This document shows positions 57,358-64,000 of a stretch of DNA of 64,000 nt, piece after piece (position 1 is the stretch's first letter; every line of letters starts with the position of its first letter). The stretch lies in NCBI RefSeq assembly GCF_009914755.1, contig NC_060932.1; one strand, 5' to 3'. The position numbers and the translations under genes were made by a program. The stretch is from the human T2T-CHM13v2.0 reference genome, Homo sapiens. The notes below the pieces were generated by a model. The model worked only from the letters and a program-made list of their open reading frames with translations, ran no database searches and was not told where the DNA came from.

Positions 57358-58879
57358 TGATTCTAATAGGCCATGTAAAATATTGTATTGACATAATCAA
57401 GAAAGATACCTTAGCATTCCATGCAACTAGTTAAATGAAACAGCTTAATTGCCATCATTCATGGATTTAGATATTCACATCTGTATTGCATGCATATTAC
57501 AATTTGACACAAGAACTGTACTGGGGATCTGATGGTGAGCAAGACAGATGTGGTCTCCTCTCATAGAACCAACAATCTCATGGAAGAAGAGTTAAATAAA
57601 CACACCCCAGTGTTTCTATGCCGGAGATCGTTAGGGTAAAATGGGAGTACATAGAAGGGGCATCCTCAGTAAATCTTAAATTGTATTATTCAAATTCTCT
57701 AAATAAAAATCAAAACATCCTTCTGTATGGTTGGTATTCTATTTACCTGGTCTAGCAGCTTATGATAATGCAACATGTGCCAAAAAGAAAAGCTAGAGGT
57801 TTGAAAATTTCAGGTTTGTGTTTGCTGTCTGTACACACAAATAAATGCTCAAGTTGACACTGGACATCTGTGTAGCCCCAAAACAAAAGCAAGAATGAAA
57901 TTCCCTCCTTTCACCCCCTTCCTACCCGGAAGGCACTTTTAGAGATATTGCATTGCTTGTATAAAATTTAGACTTTCATTTACAATCTGCTTGAACTCAG
58001 AATAGCAATAAGATGGAACCTATCTCAAGGATTCAACTAATGATGCATGCCATTTCATTTAAATAATAAATGGACCACATTCTGATGTTCTGGCTCTTTG
58101 GAGAAATTATCAACACTGTGATTTACATAGAAATAGACACGATTTGAAATCAAAAGAAAATCTTCACTCACAGAACAGCTCTTGCATTAGGTAATTTTTG
58201 CTGAAATAAGCTTTTTTTTTTCTAAAAAGCTAAGAAGGATAAAATCATGTGATTGTTAAACCAAATTAATTCCATTTTAATTTTCTAAAGCAATGGGTCA
58301 CAGTTAAAAGTACTGGGTGACCGACATTAACTCTTTCAAGTAATATATACTGCAGTGGTCTTGAATAGTATCCTAGCAACCTAGAAATGTTCAGGAAATT
58401 TCCAATAGAATATATATTGAATGCCAGCATCGCCACACGAGGATCAGTGCTGTTGTATTAACTTTGCATTATATTAACTGACACATGAGGTATATATAGA
58501 CAAAAGATCGGAGTTCCCCAGCAGTGAAGACATGCAACTTTCCATAAACATGGGCTTCCCTCCTTCAGCCATAGCATGGACCATGAGCCACTCTGCCTGG
58601 TGCAGTACTATCCAAGGACTAGGTAAGAAAGGACAGCCACTCAGGTCTCGTGGTGCCAGGGGCTCTGTGGCTTCCTTCTTAGTCAAACAAGTGCACGGTC
58701 TTTCTGCCACTAAATTCAGGCAATGAGAACTTTTTATATGAAGAGTGTTGTTGCCAGTTCACTCCCCAATCCACTCTTGCTATGTTCTCTCGAGCACTCT
58801 GATTTTTCCCCATATACTCTGGGTCAATTCCAACTCACCCCATGTATAAAACAAAGTGGGTTTTATTTTATTTTAATGT

Positions 58880-59570
58880 CTTATCATCCTACCAAATTCA
58901 ACATGCCCAGAATTGAGCCCAACAGCTTCCCTGGGGCCTCTGTACTTCCCAGACAATCAGCTCTCCCTCCTTATTTTTAGTGTCTGACACCAGTAGACAC
59001 CATCCTCTTCCTCATCATTCTTACTAGAAAGCTTGGCGTTGTTTTGGACTTTTTCCTCTGCTTAACACTTTACTTCCAAGCCCCAGCGAGCTCCGCCATC
59101 TCTCCCTCTTCATTCCAGTTCCTCCCACCCTGCCTCAGCCCCTTGTGGTTTTGTGTCCCAATAACCTAAGAACTTCTTCCTAGTCTCCTTTGCCTCCCAC
59201 ATTACCCTTAAGCCATCCGGACTACATTTTGTCGCTAGACAAGTTTTCCTAGTCAGCCTCTCCTGTTTTTAGGAACTCCCAGTGCTTCCCTACCAACGAA
59301 TGCACTGCTGAGGATAACAATAACAGTGATGGCAAGTGATGACAGCAACAACCTCTACCACGTCTGAGCATTCTGTACCAGGCCTGGGACAGACACTTTA
59401 CACACACACCATCACGGATTTTTACAAAAGCCACACGGAGTAGCTATGATCATCCCTAGTTCACAGGGAAGCAAACAGAGCATCGGAGTGTTTAAATGAC
59501 TTGCCCAAGATTCCACATGGACAGGACAGAGTTCCAAGTCCAAGTCTAACCCCATACTGTATGTGTTATG
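58880..59570. mobile_element. L2 and MIR fragments
   Basis: Pyrimidine-rich L2 motif (caaattcaacatgcccagaattgagc) and MIR core (cacagggaagcaaacagagc...tgacttgcccaag). Confidence 0.6.
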
Positions 59571-59954
59571 CCATGTTGCTTTCAAAAAGCTTGGATTTCC
59601 AGTTTGGTTCAAATGTGAGTAGAACCTTCTGATCTAACCTTATTGCTTACTGCTCTCTGACAGGCACCTACTACTTAGGAAGGTCCAGTGTGCGTCTCTC
59701 AAGTGCTGTCCTCCCTAACTTTGCCTTAGTGTACCCCTCACCCCAGGAATGTTCTCCTTCTACCTTCTGTTTATCTAAATGTTACTCATTCTCCAAGGTT
59801 CTGATCAAGTTCAACCTTCACCACAGGCTACTCTCAAAGCAGTGTATTCCACCCTGGTATTCTCTCTTCTAAGAGTTAACATGTGGTCAGTCCTCCACAC
59901 TTTATTTGTTCACAGTTTTGTCTCTCCAGTTAGACATGATACTAGAGTATAATA

Positions 59955-60570
<616 letters not shown>

Positions 60571-60994
60571 CAGACCTGTGTTTTGATTCTATTTTCTGGC
60601 TATGGGAACTCACACTACTTGCCTTCTTGAAGCTGTTTCCTCATCTGTAAAAGAAGATAAGAATCCTTATTTGACAAGGTCGTTACACAGTATAATGAGA
60701 TAAAAACATGTAAAGCCCTTTCCAGAGTACTTGGCAGCCTCTACATGTGAGTTTCTTTCCTCTTTGAGGGTAAGGCTATGACTCAGACTTGCAGAGCGAT
60801 CACATTAGCAACAGTTCATGGGTTTTCAGTTGTATAACAGGATACTGAGTTGCTTGTTCCAACTGAGGCTTTGAGATGCAAGAGAAAATATTCCAAGTAT
60901 CCAGAACCAATTTCAGGACACCTCTCACTCCAAGGGGAGAGAGAAGAGAGTGAGAGCGAACTGGGGAAGTGAATCTGTGATAAGAATTTCCCTG

Positions 60995-61620
60995 AAGGGA
61001 AAGCAGGGACTCGAACAGGTACTTGAATATCCACGTTCATGGCAGCATTATTCACAATAGTCAAAATATGGAAGCAACCTAAGTGATCACTGACGCCTGC
61101 ATGCATAAACAAACTGTGGAATGTATGCACAGTGGAATATTACTCAGCCTTAAAGAAGAAAGGCAATTCTACCACATGCTGCACCATGGATGAACCTTGA
61201 ACAGATTATGCTGCTAAAGAAGCCACTCACAAAGGTAAAATATGTTTCCTATAAGTACCTAGAGTAGGTACTTATATGAGGTACTTGGAATGTTGTATGG
61301 AATGTTGCATGCTTCCTGTAAGTACCTATTGTAGGTACTTATATGAGGTACCTGAAGTAGTCAAATTCACAGAGACAGAAAGTAGAATGGTGGTTTCCAG
61401 GGGTGGGGAGAGAAGGAAATAGTGTTTAATGGGAACACGGTTTAAATTAGGGGTGATGAAAAATTTCTGCTTATGGATGATGGTGATGGTTTCATGAGAA
61501 TGTGAATATATTTAGTGCAAAGGAACTATACACTTAAAGATGTTTAAGATGATAGATTTTATGTTACATGTACTTCACCACAATAAATAATTTTAAAAAA
61601 AGAAAGAAAGAAAAAGAAAG
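60995..61620 (+). mobile_element. L1MB 3' end
   Basis: aaagcagggactcgaacag...ggcagcattattcacaatag...cacttaaagatgtttaagatg...A-tail. Confidence 0.85.
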
Positions 61621-62314
61621 GGTGGAAAAGTGATGCAGCCTGCCCAAATTTTCACCCTGTGGCAAGAGGACGGCCCGCACTGAGCAGGTTTACAAGGACA
61701 TGAGGGACACAAGTGAAGTCCCATTTGTCTTTACAGCACCTGAGTCCACTGGTTCAAAGGGCAAGTGACACAAGTATAGAAAAACTGACTCAAACGGGCT
61801 TAAACTATAAAGTGAATTTATTGGCTGACACAATTGCTCTAGATCTGTGGTTATCAAACTTTAAGGAGCAGGCAAAGCTTGTGAAAACACAGCTGGCTGG
61901 ACCCCACCCCATGCTTCTGACTCAGGAGGGCTGGGGTGGGACACGAAGGTTTGGCTTTGCAGCCACTGCTGTGGGACGCTGTGGCTGCTCTGAGAGCCCT
62001 GTGTCCTGGAACGCGCATGTGTCACGGGTCTGGGGCTCTGCTTCCCCAGTCTCTTGCTTCTCCCCTCCATCTTCCAATTTACCGGCAAGCTGATTATCCC
62101 CACAAGAGCTGAAGTGTCTGCCCCAGCTCCAGGTCTCACCTCTGCATACCACATTGTCTAGAACAGGAGAAATGCCCTGCATCCCCAGCATTCCTGGAAC
62201 AAGCCGAACTAGATCACTTTAGCTCTGAAGCCCGTTTCAACTAGTTACCCTGGCCAGGTGTGGAGGCTGTGGATTGGCCTCTGCTTGGTGCTGGGGGTGC
62301 CTCCAACTTCCCTA

Positions 62315-62668
<354 letters not shown>

Positions 62669-62999
62669 AAAGAAAGAAATAGATGGTGGGGAGGAAGTCA
62701 ACATGTGTCTCCAAACCCAGAAGAGAAGCTTGAGGTTGGCAGAGGTTAGATCACGCGAGCCATGCTCAGGGGCTTAGAGCTGAGCCTGAAACCAGAGGAC
62801 AACCACGGAATGATTCGAATCAGAGGAGGGACATAATCCATTTCAGCAAGATGGCTCAGGCACAAGTTGGAAGAAGGACTGGGGAGGAGGACTTGGAAGG
62901 TTAAGGATAGCGGCAACGCTGAGCGCTCTCCCTGACCCTTGCATCCTGCCCTTTAGAGGCCTGAACCTATCCTGGGCATTCCCCACCCCACACCCTGCT

Positions 63000-63545
63000 C
63001 TATTTTTTCTTTATTCCCTTTCTTCAGACACTTCACACCTAGCATGCTGCATTCTTCACTTATTATGTTTATTATTTCTTATTTGTCTGCTCTGCTAGAA
63101 TATCAGCTCCATGAAGGCAGGAATCTTTGTTTGTTGGATTCAGTGATGTATCCCCAGTACCTTGAACAGTGTCTGGCACATAATAGATGCACAATACAAG
63201 TTTGCTGAATGAATGAATTTCATATGAGAACTCACTATATTTGTCTCTGTGTCTGTCTAAGCTGGTCCTTTTGCCTCAATTCTCTTATTCCATTTCACCT
63301 TCAGACTTTCCAGGTTTAACAAAGGCTTCAGCCTGGGATTCTTCCCTGATTACAAACCTTGAGCTGCCACCACCCATTCCCTGTATTCCCTTGACATTCA
63401 CTTGTCACAGTGCATTGTTCTCTCCTGCCTTTCCCATAAACTGGTGTCTCCAAGAGGGCAGGACAGAATGTTATTGGTCTCTACATTGCAAACATGTAGC
63501 ACAGTGCCTGATGTGTTGGAGCAGCAATAAGTTTGTTGAATTAAT
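63000..63545 (+). mobile_element. L2 3' ends
   Basis: ctagaatatcagctccatgaaggcagg...ctggcacataatag...tgaatgaatgaa, and a second copy near 63450-63545. Confidence 0.8.
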
Positions 63546-64000
63546 GAGCCAATGAACAGTTACATAAACAAATAAGTACTGCCCAATTAGTACTTGTTAA
63601 ATGGAAGAACAAGAAACAAAACACAAGTGGCTCTGATAGTTGGTTTTCTATGTAACCATTCTCATCCCTGATATTAACAAATAGAAAAATGATTTTGCTT
63701 GCCTGAGCTCTACTTGCTCTAGTTCTGCTGTGCTCATGATAGCTTGCTCTTTGAATCCATTAATGGCAAAGCCTCCCTTCAGAAACTGTCATTTTAGAGT
63801 CTCTGCCATAAGAACTGAGCTCTTATGTTTAGCAGCAGGGATGGAATTGACTGAAGGATGGAACAAAATCAATTTTCGCTGTGTCTGCAGCACTGCCACT
63901 ACTGCAGAGCCAGCTACCAAACCCAAGTTAGCAAGGACAGCCTCATCAGGGCCACCCATCCTGGAGACACCGACAGCACAGCAAGGACAGAGGGGGCTCA

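Noticed and set aside
60830-61025. Possible far-upstream non-coding first exon of the downstream neighbouring gene (donor CAG|GTACTT near 61018)
   Set aside because: No CpG island or promoter signature, and the donor is weak and lies in an L1MB. It cannot be supported from sequence alone and would need CAGE or junction data.

Overview
Primate (human-like) genomic DNA. Positions 104-19480 carry the last ten coding exons of TMEM67 (meckelin/MKS3) on the + strand. The 1128 spliced nt give 375 aa plus stop, every intron is GT-AG and the phases are consistent. A 3' UTR follows, with several AATAAA signals out to about 22.2 kb. The remaining ~42 kb has no intact protein-coding gene and is dominated by repeats: more than 40 Alus, L1/L2/L3/MIR fragments, several LTRs, a full-length antisense SVA inserted inside an Alu, and a 5'-inverted L1MA. 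That L1 hosts a MYL12A processed pseudogene (itself interrupted by two Alus), an MST LTR, a MER2 and a 55-nt two-hairpin retrocopy. Almost all entries in the ORF track are repeat artefacts. The most notable observations are: (1) the 55-nt TAR-like, apparently LTR-derived small-RNA retrocopy with A-rich tail and TSD; (2) an exact 16-nt tandem duplication of a TMEM67 splice donor; (3) a ~500-bp AT-rich quasi-palindrome with perfect 20-bp unique arms; (4) a recursive-splice-type exon junction; (5) a tailless U2 retro-fragment; (6) inverted Alu pairs, including one in the extended 3' UTR. Exon numbers and repeat subfamily names come from recall and were not checked against a database. Repeat boundaries are approximate.
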